A DNA stretch of 48,501 bases, from contig JBFJHJ010000025.1 of assembly GCA_041613315.1 (NCBI GenBank), positions 1-48,501 on the forward strand, given 5' to 3'. Origin of the DNA: Gemmatimonadales bacterium (GTDB lineage: Bacteria; Gemmatimonadota; Gemmatimonadetes; Gemmatimonadales; GWC2-71-9). The translations under genes and the position numbers were made by a program. The notes under the pieces were generated by a model. The model made no database searches and was not told the DNA's origin. It saw only the letters and a program-made list of their open reading frames with translations. Below are positions 26,378 to 36,741 of the stretch, piece by piece; position 1 is the stretch's first letter; every line of letters starts with the position of its first letter.

Positions 26378-28327
26378 CTAGCCCTCCGGGGGTCCCAGCG
26401 CCACGTGCGCCTCGCCGGCGGACACCGGCCAGCGGGGCGTATATGAGGTGCCCTGCACCGTCCGGTCGAAGCCGCGTTCCGATTGGGCGACCGTCGTCAC
26501 CGGAAACGTCCACACGTCGGCCGGGGGATCGCACACGAGGTGGAGCTCGCCCGTGACCGACAACTCGGGAGCGAACCAGGCGCCGACCGCAAAGGCCGCC
26601 GGGTCCCAGCGATATCGCACGGAGAGTCGGCCAGCACGCTCGAAGCGGAGACGCTTCTCGATGAGCCCGGGTGGGGTCCCGGCTGCCGGGCGCAGCACCA
26701 GCTCGATGGCGTCGGCGTCCGTGCGCACGTGCGGCGCCAGCGGCGCCCGTGCCCACGAGGCGACGGGCTGGAACGTGCCCTGCGCATAGTCCTCCGCGCG
26801 CAGTTCGGCAGGGAGCACGCGATCCACGAAGAGGGCACGGGGCTCGTCGTCGACGGGCGGCGGTTCGGCCAGCGCCGCGGCGTGTTCGAGCTCGTGGATG
26901 CTCGGCATGCCGTCGCCGGTCCCCGCGGGCGGCGGATCGCCATCGGCGGTCGGCCGCTCGTGATACGCCTCTCGTCGGCGCGTGAGGACGTCGGCGAGGT
27001 TGGCGAGCTGGTCGAACAGCGAGTACTCCTCGACGGCGCCGCCCCGCGCTGGGCTGACCAGGGCGGAGAACGCCGCCGAGTGGATCCAGACCTCCTCGTG
27101 CCCGTCGGCGTCCAGGTCGACGATCTCATGGTCGAGCGGCTCGCCCGCCCGTAACTCGCGCTCCGCCAAGATGAGGTTGCGCCACACGGCAGCTCTGAGA
27201 TGCGGCAGGTAGAGGCCGCCGAAGACGCCATGCCAGTACGCGTCGTTACACTGGGACCGCGCCACCGCGCGCCGCGCCTCCGGCGGGTCGCCGCGCGCGC
27301 GACACAACGCGGAGAGCGCACACATCTTCTTGTGCATGCGGTTCGATTCGGGGTACTTGGCGAGGAAGTTGCGCCAGTGGGCCCCGCGCACGAGCCCCCC
27401 GTCCGGTCCCGCGAGCCGCTCCTTGCCGAGCGTGCGCTCCAGGGCCGCGAGGCGCACCGCGGCGCGCGCCGGAAGCGCCCAGGTCTCCATCTCGCGGTAC
27501 GACGCGGTCGGGAGATAGCAGAGCCCCGCGCTCGGGACGTGGTCGAGCACCCAGGCGAACGTCGTGAGCCGGACCTCCCCGGCGTCCACGAGCCCGCTCA
27601 TGGTTTCGGCGAAGCGGTCGAGCCAACCCCGCGTATATACCCAGTCCTTCGTGCCGGGCCATCCGCCGAACTTCTCCCCGTCGTCGGCCAGGACGGCGAG
27701 CTGGTGCCCCGCGGCACGGAGCTGTCGCAGATACGCGGCCGTGTCCTCCGGCGGCTGGAAGGGGACGAGGTAGCGCAGTCGCTCATCGATGGGGAAGACC
27801 GCCACCCGCCGGCCGTCGCTCTCGGTCCACCAGGGCGCATGGAGTTGGTGCCGCTCGTAGCCGCTGACCAGAAAGTGTCGGTCGTCCACCAGGACATAGC
27901 GCACGCCGGCCTCGGCAAGGTCCACCGGCAGGTCCGGTTCCCACACGCGTTCCGTGAGCCAGAGGCCGATCGCGTCCACGCCGAAGCGCCGGCGCAACGC
28001 GTCGCGCATCCACGCGATCTGCTCGACACGGTCGGCGCGCGGGAGCGCCGCGAGGATCGGCTCGTAGAACCCCCCCAGCAAAAGTTCGAGGTGTCCGTCC
28101 GCCGTCAGCCGCCCGATCAGGTCGAGGTACGTGGTGTCGTGCGCCTCCAGCCACTCGAGCAGCGGTCCCGAGACGTGTAGCGCGATCGGCAGCAGGCCGT
28201 GGTCGGCCGCCCGCCGCAGAAACGGGTGATAGGCATCCCGGACATGTTCCTCGAAGACGTGATCGAAGTTGCCCACGGGCTGGTGCAGGTGCAGGCCGAG
28301 GGCGAAGTGCAGCGGGTCCCCGCTCAT
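26378..28327 (-). CDS. GH57 alpha-amylase/4-alpha-glucanotransferase (DUF1925/DUF1926)
   Basis: HLHQPVGN, FYEPIL, WLTERVW (nucleophile), DDGEKFGGWP (acid/base), QCNDAYWHGVFGGLY; ATGA coupling. Confidence 0.92.
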   Translation of the reverse strand: MSGDPLHFALGLHLHQPVGNFDHVFEEHVRDAYHPFLRRAADHGLLPIALHVSGPLLEWLEAHDTTYLDLIGRLTADGHLELLLGGFYEPILAALPRADRVEQIAWMRDALRRRFGVDAIGLWLTERVWEPDLPVDLAEAGVRYVLVDDRHFLVSGYERHQLHAPWWTESDGRRVAVFPIDERLRYLVPFQPPEDTAAYLRQLRAAGHQLAVLADDGEKFGGWPGTKDWVYTRGWLDRFAETMSGLVDAGEVRLTTFAWVLDHVPSAGLCYLPTASYREMETWALPARAAVRLAALERTLGKERLAGPDGGLVRGAHWRNFLAKYPESNRMHKKMCALSALCRARGDPPEARRAVARSQCNDAYWHGVFGGLYLPHLRAAVWRNLILAERELRAGEPLDHEIVDLDADGHEEVWIHSAAFSALVSPARGGAVEEYSLFDQLANLADVLTRRREAYHERPTADGDPPPAGTGDGMPSIHELEHAAALAEPPPVDDEPRALFVDRVLPAELRAEDYAQGTFQPVASWARAPLAPHVRTDADAIELVLRPAAGTPPGLIEKRLRFERAGRLSVRYRWDPAAFAVGAWFAPELSVTGELHLVCDPPADVWTFPVTTVAQSERGFDRTVQGTSYTPRWPVSAGEAHVALGPPEG

Positions 28328-30348
28328 GCGTCGGGTGCGAAGCCCAGCCGATGCGCGAGGGCGGCAAGGGCGCGCCGTCGGTCCGCGGGCATCGTTTGGC
28401 GCAGTCGGTCGAACCGGGTCTGTATGTCGAACGGGACCCACCGGCCCAGGAGCTCGAGCAGGTCGGCCAACCCCGCGATGCGGGCGGCCGCCTCGTCGGA
28501 GACGTCCTGTTCCAGCGCCGCCACCGCGCGCTCGAGTGCGACCCGGGTGGCATCCTCCAGTCCCTGCTCGCCGCGCGCCACCGCCGCGCGCTCTTCCGGG
28601 CTGAGCCAGCGCTCGGCGAGGACGGCACGGAGCGCCCGCACGACGAAGCGTCGCGGGCGCTCCGGCAGGTGGTCCACCGTGAAGGCGAGCGGTCCCGCGC
28701 CGTCGGCCGTGACGGTCGCCGTGAGGGGAGCGCCCTCCCGGCGGTCCACGGCGACGCGTAGCGACGTGCGGCGTCCCGTGCGACGGTGCACGAGCGTGAC
28801 GCCGCCGTCGTCGGCGTGGACCTCGTACGCGGCGACGCTCGCCTCGTCGTGTGAGGCGCCGAGCGCGCGGGCGGCCGCGTAGGCTGCTGCGACGCGCGCC
28901 GTCACCGGTGTCGCGGGCTTCACGCGCCGGAGATAGAGATCGCGACCCGTGCCGGCTTGGGCGTCGTTACTCACCGCAGCCGCGAGCCGCTCCACGATTC
29001 CGGCCTCGAGACGGTCGGCGGCCGGGCCAGATAACTCGATCCCATGCGCCGCGTAGCGCAGCACCTGGAGCGGCTCCAGGCCCGCGAGGTCGTCGAAGAA
29101 CCAGCCGCACGAAGTGAACATGCGGAGCGCGTCGCGCTGCATCTCCAGCAACTCGAGCGCGCGAGTGCGGTGGGCGTGATCGGCGGGGTGGGTGAGTCGG
29201 CCATCCACAAAGCGAGATCGCTCCGGTTCGGCGTGCATGGCGTTGCCGTACGCGTCGCGCGCGGCCCAGGGGTCCTGGAGCAGCTCGCTCGCGTCCGCCT
29301 CGAAGACCAGGGCGAGCTCGTGGGCGAGCCACTCCAGGGCCTCGCGGAGGGGCGCGCGCCACCGCTGCTGGGTGGACGTGTCGGGCGCCACCTTGCAGCC
29401 GCAGTCCGCCCGCCAACGCTCGACCCCGTGGGCGCAGCTCCATGAGCTGGGGGCGACCAAGGTGATGTCCTCGGTGGGCGGATGGCGCGCGAGGAACGAG
29501 GCGTAGTTCTCCACGCGCACGTCGGGCCGCCGTGCGAGGCCGTCGAGCAGCGCGGCGAGCGCCATCTCGCCGAAACGATGGTGGTGCCCGTACGTCTCCC
29601 CGTCGGTCGCCAGGCTGATGAGCGAGCGGTCGTCGGACGCACCGCGGGGAACCAGTCGTTCGAGCCACGCGGCGGCGTCCCGCATGAGGGGGCCGAACGC
29701 GACGTCATGCGAGATCGGGCCGTCGTAGACGAACACGGCGAGCTCGCGCCCTCCCGTAGCGCGGTAGCGCCCCGGTCGGCCGCCGGCCGGCAGCCGCTCG
29801 ACTTGGGTGGGGCCCAGGATGGTGAACGCGATGCCCTCGTGGGCGAGCACGTCCAGCGTCTCGTGATCGACCGCCGCCTCCGGCAGCCACATGCCCTGCG
29901 GCGCGCGGCCGAAGCGACGCCGGAAGTCGGCGAGGCCCCAGCGGACCTCGGTGACCTTGTCGCGGCGCGAGCTCAGGGGGAGGATCGTGTGGTGGTACGG
30001 CATCGCGATCGCGTTGCCGTAGCCGCCCAGCCGCTCGGTGCTCCGTCGGTCGGCGGCGAGGATCGCGGCGTAGGTGTCCGGCGCGGCACGCTCGAGCCAT
30101 CCGAGGAGCGTCGGGCCGATGTCGAAGCTGAGCCAGGCGAGCGTGTTCACGATGCGGGCGATTCGGCCGTCTGGGGCGAGCACGCGCGCCGCGACCACCG
30201 CCCGGTAGCACTCCCGCTCGATGCGCTCGTTCCAGTCGTGAAACGGGGCCGCCGACGCCTCGGCCTCCACCTCGTCCAGCCAGGGGTTCTCCCGGGGTGG
30301 TTGGTAGAAATGGCCGTGAATGACGACGGATCGTTGGTGCGCGCTCAC
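28324..30348 (-). CDS. GH57 family glycoside hydrolase with DUF3536
   Basis: HGHFYQPPRENPW, WLPEAA, ATDGETYGHH, SWSCAHGVERW, MFTSCGWFFDD. Confidence 0.92.
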   Translation of the reverse strand: MSAHQRSVVIHGHFYQPPRENPWLDEVEAEASAAPFHDWNERIERECYRAVVAARVLAPDGRIARIVNTLAWLSFDIGPTLLGWLERAAPDTYAAILAADRRSTERLGGYGNAIAMPYHHTILPLSSRRDKVTEVRWGLADFRRRFGRAPQGMWLPEAAVDHETLDVLAHEGIAFTILGPTQVERLPAGGRPGRYRATGGRELAVFVYDGPISHDVAFGPLMRDAAAWLERLVPRGASDDRSLISLATDGETYGHHHRFGEMALAALLDGLARRPDVRVENYASFLARHPPTEDITLVAPSSWSCAHGVERWRADCGCKVAPDTSTQQRWRAPLREALEWLAHELALVFEADASELLQDPWAARDAYGNAMHAEPERSRFVDGRLTHPADHAHRTRALELLEMQRDALRMFTSCGWFFDDLAGLEPLQVLRYAAHGIELSGPAADRLEAGIVERLAAAVSNDAQAGTGRDLYLRRVKPATPVTARVAAAYAAARALGASHDEASVAAYEVHADDGGVTLVHRRTGRRTSLRVAVDRREGAPLTATVTADGAGPLAFTVDHLPERPRRFVVRALRAVLAERWLSPEERAAVARGEQGLEDATRVALERAVAALEQDVSDEAAARIAGLADLLELLGRWVPFDIQTRFDRLRQTMPADRRRALAALAHRLGFAPDA

Positions 30349-30361
30349 GGGATCTCGCCGC

Positions 30362-32065
30362 TCAATCGGCCGTTCGGACGGTGGCGTCGCCAAGCGCCCG
30401 CCGGAGGGCGGGGAGCACATCGGGGAACACCCGGTCGCGCGCGTAGAGCGCCTCCGCCTCGCCTCGCGCCGCCGCCAGCGTCTCCGGCGAGGCGGTGGGC
30501 GCCAGGGCGCGCAGGAGCCGCTCGAGATCGTCGGCGTGGCGACGAAACCGCGCGCGCCCGTAATCTTCCACGGCTCCGGTCGACACGATGAACGGCCAAT
30601 CGGAGGCTTGGGCGAGGAGCAGCTCCCGGGCGGCCTGCGCCAGGACGGGGGCCGCCGCGTCGGACGATACGCAGCGGGCGGCCGCTTCCCAGAATGCGTA
30701 CTCCAGCGGCCACAGGCGCTCCCACATCCACTGCGTGCCCTCGTTCAGCCACATGCTGTCGTCGCCGTTCGCACCCCAGGAGCCGGCCGCGAGGCGGAGC
30801 GCGCGGCCCGACACACGCCCCTGGAGGTGCTGCGACGCCGTGACGGGGCGGAGGTCTGGCCAATCGGCGAGTCGCCGGTAGAGCGCGCTCAGGAAGTCGA
30901 TGCCCTCGAACCACCAATGCCCGAACAGCTCGGTGTCGAACGGCGCGGCGATGACCTGCCCGCCACCGTCCCCCCGAGCCGCCGCGATCGCGCCCAGGAG
31001 GCCGGCGAAGTGGTCGGCATGAATGGCCGCACGCGCCAACGCCCGTGCCGGCTCGTAGGGGCGCTTCTCTCCGAGGTCCACCTGCGGTCCGCTGACGCGC
31101 CAGTACTTGAGGCCGCCGGGCCAGCGGATCTTGTGGAACTCCAGATACCACTCGTCCCCCGGGTACCCGTGGTGTCGGCTCCAGACTTGCATCGAGGATC
31201 GCGGATCGCGCACGAGGGCGGCGACCGGATGGCGGCGACCGCTGGACACGCGGTACGCGTGATAGGGGGAGCGCTCCTCGGCCCCCCGGCTCACTGCGGG
31301 GGCGTCGTGACGCTCCGCATCGAACCGTTCGGTTCCGAGCGGCACCTCGGCGTACATCCCCAACGCGGTGCCGGCGCGCGCCAGGTGCGCGTCGGTGAAG
31401 AAGTACCGGAACCCGGCGGATGCCAGGTGTTCCTCGATTCCGGCTCGTGTCCCCGACGCCGGTGCGGCCGGGAGCGGCGCCCACCGGCCACGGGGCCGGT
31501 ACGCGCATTCAGGAAGCCAGATGCCGGCCGGCGCGCGGCCGAACAGGCGGCGATGCTCCGCGCGCCCGACGGCGAGTTGCAGGCGCACGCTTTCGTCGCG
31601 CCCGAGGAGCGGCAGGTATCCGTGGGTCGCCGCTCCGCCGATGATCTCGATGACGCCCCGGCGGTCGAGATCACCGAAGGCGGCGACGAGATCCCGGTCG
31701 ATCGCCTGAAAGAGGTCGTCGAGCCGGCGGATGCGCGCCCGCCAGAACTCGACGAGCGGTCGGAGCGCACCGTCGCCGGTCGCCGCCAGGGCCGCCGGCG
31801 CCTCGTCGCACGCCCGGAGCCGCTGCTCGACGAATTGCGCCAATTCGTCAGCGAAGCGCGGGTCGGCGAGCTGGTTGGCCAACACCGGCGTGAACCCGAT
31901 CGTGAGCGGGCATGCCGTCCCGCGGGCGTCCAGGGCCCGCACCATCTCCAGGAGCGGCAGATAGGTGTCGAGCGCCGCCTCGCACAGCCAGTCGCTCCCG
32001 TGCGGCCAGCGCCCGTGGTTGAGCACGTATGGCAGATGGCTGTGGAGCGCGAGGACGAAATCCAT
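30362..32065 (-). CDS. GH57 1,4-alpha-glucan branching enzyme (DUF1957)
   Basis: HSHLPYV, THGYLPL, WLPECAY, YLEFHK, PFDTELFGHWWFEG, QASDWPF. Confidence 0.93.
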   Translation of the reverse strand: MDFVLALHSHLPYVLNHGRWPHGSDWLCEAALDTYLPLLEMVRALDARGTACPLTIGFTPVLANQLADPRFADELAQFVEQRLRACDEAPAALAATGDGALRPLVEFWRARIRRLDDLFQAIDRDLVAAFGDLDRRGVIEIIGGAATHGYLPLLGRDESVRLQLAVGRAEHRRLFGRAPAGIWLPECAYRPRGRWAPLPAAPASGTRAGIEEHLASAGFRYFFTDAHLARAGTALGMYAEVPLGTERFDAERHDAPAVSRGAEERSPYHAYRVSSGRRHPVAALVRDPRSSMQVWSRHHGYPGDEWYLEFHKIRWPGGLKYWRVSGPQVDLGEKRPYEPARALARAAIHADHFAGLLGAIAAARGDGGGQVIAAPFDTELFGHWWFEGIDFLSALYRRLADWPDLRPVTASQHLQGRVSGRALRLAAGSWGANGDDSMWLNEGTQWMWERLWPLEYAFWEAAARCVSSDAAAPVLAQAARELLLAQASDWPFIVSTGAVEDYGRARFRRHADDLERLLRALAPTASPETLAAARGEAEALYARDRVFPDVLPALRRALGDATVRTAD

Positions 32066-32076
32066 CGTGGGCGTCG

Positions 32077-33585
32077 TCAGTCCGCGAGGCCCCGCGCCGC
32101 CAGGGCACGGCGGTATACCTCAACGTAGCGCGCCACCGACCGGGCCCAGCCGAACTCGCGCTGCATTGCTTCGCGCATGATCAGCTCCCACGCCGGCCGG
32201 TCCGCGTACTGATCGACCGCCCGGCGGGCCGCGACGTCGAAGCCGGCCGGCGTATACTCGTCGAACAAGAAGCCGGTGACGCCGTCCTCGATCGTGTCGG
32301 CCAGGCCGCCGACCCGGCGGGCCACGGGGATCGCGCCGTAGCGCTGGGCGCGCATCTGCGTCAGTCCGCACGGCTCGTAGAGCGAGGGCATCATCAAGAG
32401 ATCGGAACCCGCGATGACACGGTGCTCCAGCGGCTCGCTGAAGTCGAACTCGACGGCGATCCGCTCGGGCATGGCGTCGGCGAGCCCCCGCAGTGCCTGC
32501 TCGTAGCGCTGTTCGCCCTGACCCAGGAAGATGAACTGCGCGTCGAGCGCGGTGAGCGCGGTGGCGCCCAACACGAGGTCCAGCCCTTTCTGGGCGACGA
32601 GGCGCGCGGTCATGCCGAACACCGGCGTGCGATCGCGCAGAGGCAGTTGCAGCTCCTGCTGGAGGGCCGCCTTGCAGCGCCCCTTGCCCGAGAGGTCGTC
32701 GAGCGAATAGCGTGCGGTGATGTCGCCGTCGGTTGTGGGGTTCCAGATGCCGGTGTCGATCCCGTTGATGATCCCGACGAGGCGATCCTTCGACGCGATG
32801 AACGTGTCGTGCAACCCGAACCCGCCGGACGGTGTCCGCAGCTCATGGGCGTGCGTGGGGCTCACGGTCACGCTCATGTCCGCGAAGACCAGCCCGCCCT
32901 TGAGCCAGTTGACGCGGCCGTACCACTCCATGCGCTGCCACTCGTAGAGGTCCCCGGGCAGCCCCACCATCGCCAGCGACTCGACGGGAAAGTGGCCCTG
33001 GAAGCCGGCGTTGTGCACCGACAGCACGGACGCCACTCGATCGTAGAACGGCTGGCCGGCGAGCGTGGTCCGGAGGTAGACGGGCGCGAGGGCGGTGTGC
33101 CAGTCGTGCGCGTGGAGGACGAGCGGTGCGGCTTCCATGTCGGGGAGCGCCTCGAGGGCGGCGCGGCAGAGGAAGGCGAACCGCTGCGCGTTGTCGGGAT
33201 AGTCGGCCCCGGCTTCGCCGTAGATCCCCTCGCGGTCGAAGAACTGCTCGTGCTCGACGAAGTAGACGCGCGGGCCGGCGTCGCCGCTCGCGGGCCGCCA
33301 GAGGCGCCCCTCTTCGCGTTGATCCCCGAGCGCGATCGTAAAGGGCGGGCCCGCCGGCTCCAAGTCGGCCGCGGCCTCCCGTGCGCAGCGGTACAGCGGC
33401 AGCACGATGCTGCACGACGCGCCCTCGGCAACCTGGAACGTCGCGAGACCGCGGACGGCCTCTGCCAGCCCGCCGGTACGGGCGAACGGCCAATACTCCG
33501 CGGTCAGGTGCACCACGGCATAGGGCGCCGGCGTCCGACGCTTCGGCGCCCGGCGCCGGGCCTTGGGACGAGCGCTACGTGGCAT
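32077..33585 (-). CDS. glgA: Glycogen synthase (GT5)
   Basis: RTGGL, HAHDWHT, HNAGFQG, TVSPT, GIINGID, QKGLD, PSLYEPCGLTQM, GGLADT. Confidence 0.95.
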   Translation of the reverse strand: MPRSARPKARRRAPKRRTPAPYAVVHLTAEYWPFARTGGLAEAVRGLATFQVAEGASCSIVLPLYRCAREAAADLEPAGPPFTIALGDQREEGRLWRPASGDAGPRVYFVEHEQFFDREGIYGEAGADYPDNAQRFAFLCRAALEALPDMEAAPLVLHAHDWHTALAPVYLRTTLAGQPFYDRVASVLSVHNAGFQGHFPVESLAMVGLPGDLYEWQRMEWYGRVNWLKGGLVFADMSVTVSPTHAHELRTPSGGFGLHDTFIASKDRLVGIINGIDTGIWNPTTDGDITARYSLDDLSGKGRCKAALQQELQLPLRDRTPVFGMTARLVAQKGLDLVLGATALTALDAQFIFLGQGEQRYEQALRGLADAMPERIAVEFDFSEPLEHRVIAGSDLLMMPSLYEPCGLTQMRAQRYGAIPVARRVGGLADTIEDGVTGFLFDEYTPAGFDVAARRAVDQYADRPAWELIMREAMQREFGWARSVARYVEVYRRALAARGLAD

Positions 33586-33593
33586 CGCGTTGC

Positions 33594-35768
33594 TCAGTTG
33601 CTGGGTGCGTCGTCGTCACGCCCGGTCCCTCGCATCGCCGGGAGGTAGTAGTGGGTCGCGTAGTCCGCGACCATGCGCTGAGCCGTGAAGTGCTGCGCCG
33701 CCGTCCGAATCGCGTGCTTCATCCGCTCGATCCAGCGGTGCGGTAGGCCGCGACCGTCTCGCTCGTAGAAGCAGGGCACCACGTCCGTTTCGAGCAAGGC
33801 GTACAGCCGGTCGGCATCGGCGGCATCGCCGTCGGTCTCGGGGGCGGGCGGCTCGATCGCCCACCCGTTGGCGCCTGTATAGCCCTCTGCCCACCAGCCG
33901 TCCAGGGTGCTCACCTGCGGGATCCCGTTCAGTCCCGCCTTCATGCCGCTCGTCCCACACGCTTCCAGCGGCGGGCGTGGCAGGTTGAGCCACAGATCCA
34001 CGCCCTGCACCAGCCGGTGCGCCATGTGCAGCTCGTAGTCCTCGAGGAACGCGATGCGACCCTCGAAGCGGCGATCCCGCGTGAACGCGTACACCTGCTG
34101 CAAGATCTGCTTGCCGGTCTCATCCGCGGGATGCGCCTTGCCCGCGAAGATGAGCTGGACCGGCCGACGCGGGTTCACGAGCAACGTGCGCAGCCGTTCA
34201 GGATCCCGAAAGAGCAACTCCGGCCGTTTGTAACCGGCGAAGCGCCGCGCGAACCCGATCGTCATTGCGCCGGCGTTGAGCAGCGTGCCGGCCCCGACGA
34301 GGTGCGCCGCCTCCTCCCACCGGTCCCGCCACCGAAGCCGGGCCTCCTCGTGGATGTACCCCATCAAGATGTCCTTCGTCCGCAAGTGGACCGACCAGAG
34401 CTCCTCGTCGTCGAGGGCGAGCACGCGATCCCACAGGTCCGGTTCCCGGCTGCGCGCTTCCCAGTCCGGGCCCAGGTGCCGGTCGAGCAGGTCGCGCAAG
34501 CGGTGCGCCATCCACGTCCCGAGATGCACACCGTTGGTCACGTGACCGATCGGCACGTCCTCGGGCCGTCGTCCGGACCAGAGGCACTGCCACATGGCGC
34601 GCGTCACTTCGCCGTGCCGCCGTGCGACGCCCACCGTATGCCGCGAGAGCCGGATGGCCGCCGCGGTCATGTGGAACAACCCGTGGTCGCGCTCCGGATG
34701 GTGGCCGAGGCGGACGGCCTGCTCCCGCGCCTCGCCGAACGTGTCCACGTATCCGCCCATCACGCGATGGAACAGGTCGTGCGGGAAGATGTCGTGGCCC
34801 GCGGGCACCGGGGTGTGGGTGGTGAAGAGACTCGTCGCCCGGACCCGGTCGATCGCCTCGCCAAGGGGCGTCCCGCCGGCGAGCCGCTCGCGGACCCGCT
34901 CCATCAGCATGAACGCCGCGTGCCCTTCATTGGCGTGCCACACCGCGGGTGCGATCCCCAACGCGCGGAGCACGCGTACGCCGCCGATGCCCAACACCGC
35001 CTCCTGCCGGAGCCGGAGTTCGGCGCCTCCGGCATAGAGCTTGTGCGACAGCTCGCGGTCCTCGCCGTGGTTGGCCTCGAGATCGGTGTCGAGGAGATAG
35101 ACCGGCACGCGGCCCACCAACATCTTCCACGCGCCGACATGCACCGGTCGGCCCGACACTTCGACCGTCGTGAGGCCCGGTGCCTCGGCCCCGCCCACCA
35201 CGCGGGTGAGCGGCGTCCGCGCCGGATCGAACTCCTCTGGCGTGTCCTCCTGCCAGCCGTCCAGCCGAATCCGCTGGTCGAAGTAGCCTCGCGTGTAGAG
35301 CAGACCCACCCCCACGAGCGGCACGCCCAGATCGGAGGCGGCTTTGCAGTGGTCCCCGGCCAGCACGCCCAGGCCGCCCGAATACGTCGGCACCGAATTA
35401 TGGAGCGCGAACTCGGCGCAGAAGTAGGCGATGGGTCGGCCGGCCAGCTCGGACGCAGCGCCCGCGAACCACGTACCCTCGGGCGCCGTTCCCCGCTCGA
35501 ACAGCGCCATGACCCGATCGTACAGGCCGAGGAACTCGGGATCCCGCGCGCACGCCTCGAGGCGGCTGGGGTCCACACGGGCGAGTAGGGCAATCGGGTT
35601 GTGCTGTGTGAGACGCCACAACGGCCCGTCGATGGCGCGGAACAACGTCCGCGCCTCGCGGTGCCAACTCCAGAAGAGGTTGCTCGCGACCGCGGCGAGG
35701 CCTCGGATGCGCTCGGGGATCGGCGGGACGCCTTCGGGACGCGACGTCACGCCGCGGATCGCTGCCAC
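33594..35768 (-). CDS. glgP: Alpha-glucan phosphorylase (GT35)
   Basis: YSGGLGVLAGDH, HANEGH, FTTHTP, HVTNGVH, AGKAHP, EACGTSGMK (PLP Lys). Confidence 0.96.
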   Translation of the reverse strand: MAAIRGVTSRPEGVPPIPERIRGLAAVASNLFWSWHREARTLFRAIDGPLWRLTQHNPIALLARVDPSRLEACARDPEFLGLYDRVMALFERGTAPEGTWFAGAASELAGRPIAYFCAEFALHNSVPTYSGGLGVLAGDHCKAASDLGVPLVGVGLLYTRGYFDQRIRLDGWQEDTPEEFDPARTPLTRVVGGAEAPGLTTVEVSGRPVHVGAWKMLVGRVPVYLLDTDLEANHGEDRELSHKLYAGGAELRLRQEAVLGIGGVRVLRALGIAPAVWHANEGHAAFMLMERVRERLAGGTPLGEAIDRVRATSLFTTHTPVPAGHDIFPHDLFHRVMGGYVDTFGEAREQAVRLGHHPERDHGLFHMTAAAIRLSRHTVGVARRHGEVTRAMWQCLWSGRRPEDVPIGHVTNGVHLGTWMAHRLRDLLDRHLGPDWEARSREPDLWDRVLALDDEELWSVHLRTKDILMGYIHEEARLRWRDRWEEAAHLVGAGTLLNAGAMTIGFARRFAGYKRPELLFRDPERLRTLLVNPRRPVQLIFAGKAHPADETGKQILQQVYAFTRDRRFEGRIAFLEDYELHMAHRLVQGVDLWLNLPRPPLEACGTSGMKAGLNGIPQVSTLDGWWAEGYTGANGWAIEPPAPETDGDAADADRLYALLETDVVPCFYERDGRGLPHRWIERMKHAIRTAAQHFTAQRMVADYATHYYLPAMRGTGRDDDAPSN

Positions 35769-36051
35769 ATGGCGGAGTAAGTAAACGGGGGCACGGCGGG
35801 TTTTCTAGGGGCGCAGGAGTGGGGCGCGAGGTCGCACGGTTGAGGTCTGCCTTGCTCCCCGCTGGGTCCGCCGCCCACATTACGGCCCATGCCGCACCTC
35901 GCCGCGAGACTCCGCTCGTCGCTCGACGCCGTCCACGGTCCGGAGCGCGCCTCCTCGCCGCTTCCGCCGGGCGATCGCTCGGCGGCCCCGGTACGCGAGT
36001 GGGAGACGCGCCTCCGGCGGCCATAGCGCGTCCGTCAGGCCAACCCCGCCG

Positions 36052-36741
36052 ATGGAATGGGTGCTCTTTGTCGTCGTGGTCGCCGCCATCGCGGCGCTCG
36101 CGTACCTGCAGCACCGCCACGCCGCCGCCCGACGCGAGGCCCTCGGACGCCTGGCGCGGCAGCTGGGCTGGTCGTTTCATGCGCGGCGGGACCCGAGCTA
36201 CGAGCAGCGCTACGGCCACGAGCTGTTCCGCCGCGGCCGCGACGGCGAGGCGTTCAACACCCTGAGGGGCACGCTCGACGTCGGCGGCCGCACGTTCCGG
36301 GTCGCGATGGGCGACTACACGTTCAAGGAGGGCTCGGGAAAGGACGAAGCGAAACGTACACTCAGCTACCTCGTCGTGGAGCCGCCGTACGTCGTCGTGC
36401 CGTCGCTCGTCCTCCGGGGCGAGTGGTTCGGCGATCGTGTGGCCGCGACCCTCGGGTTTGACGATATCGACTTCGAGTCCGAGGCGTTCAGCCGCCGCTT
36501 TCACGTCACGAGCTCGAAAAAGGACTTCGCCTACGCCGTGATCCATCCCCGGATGATGGAGTTCCTCCTGGCCCGTACCCCGCCGCGGGTCGAGCTCAAG
36601 AACGGCGACTGCCTCCTCTGGGACGGGCTGTCGACGTGGGACGTGGACGACTTCCGGCGCTGGCTCGGTTGGGCGCGGGACTTCTTCGCGCTCTGGCCGG
36701 AGCACCTCGTGACGCGACTCGAGCCGGGTGGTCAGCCATGA
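36052..36741 (+). CDS. Membrane-anchored LemA-associated protein (DUF3137-like)
   Basis: N-terminal TM; DIDFESEAFSRRFHV...FAYAVIHPRMME; ATGA-coupled to lemA. Confidence 0.8.
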   Translation: MEWVLFVVVVAAIAALAYLQHRHAAARREALGRLARQLGWSFHARRDPSYEQRYGHELFRRGRDGEAFNTLRGTLDVGGRTFRVAMGDYTFKEGSGKDEAKRTLSYLVVEPPYVVVPSLVLRGEWFGDRVAATLGFDDIDFESEAFSRRFHVTSSKKDFAYAVIHPRMMEFLLARTPPRVELKNGDCLLWDGLSTWDVDDFRRWLGWARDFFALWPEHLVTRLEPGGQP

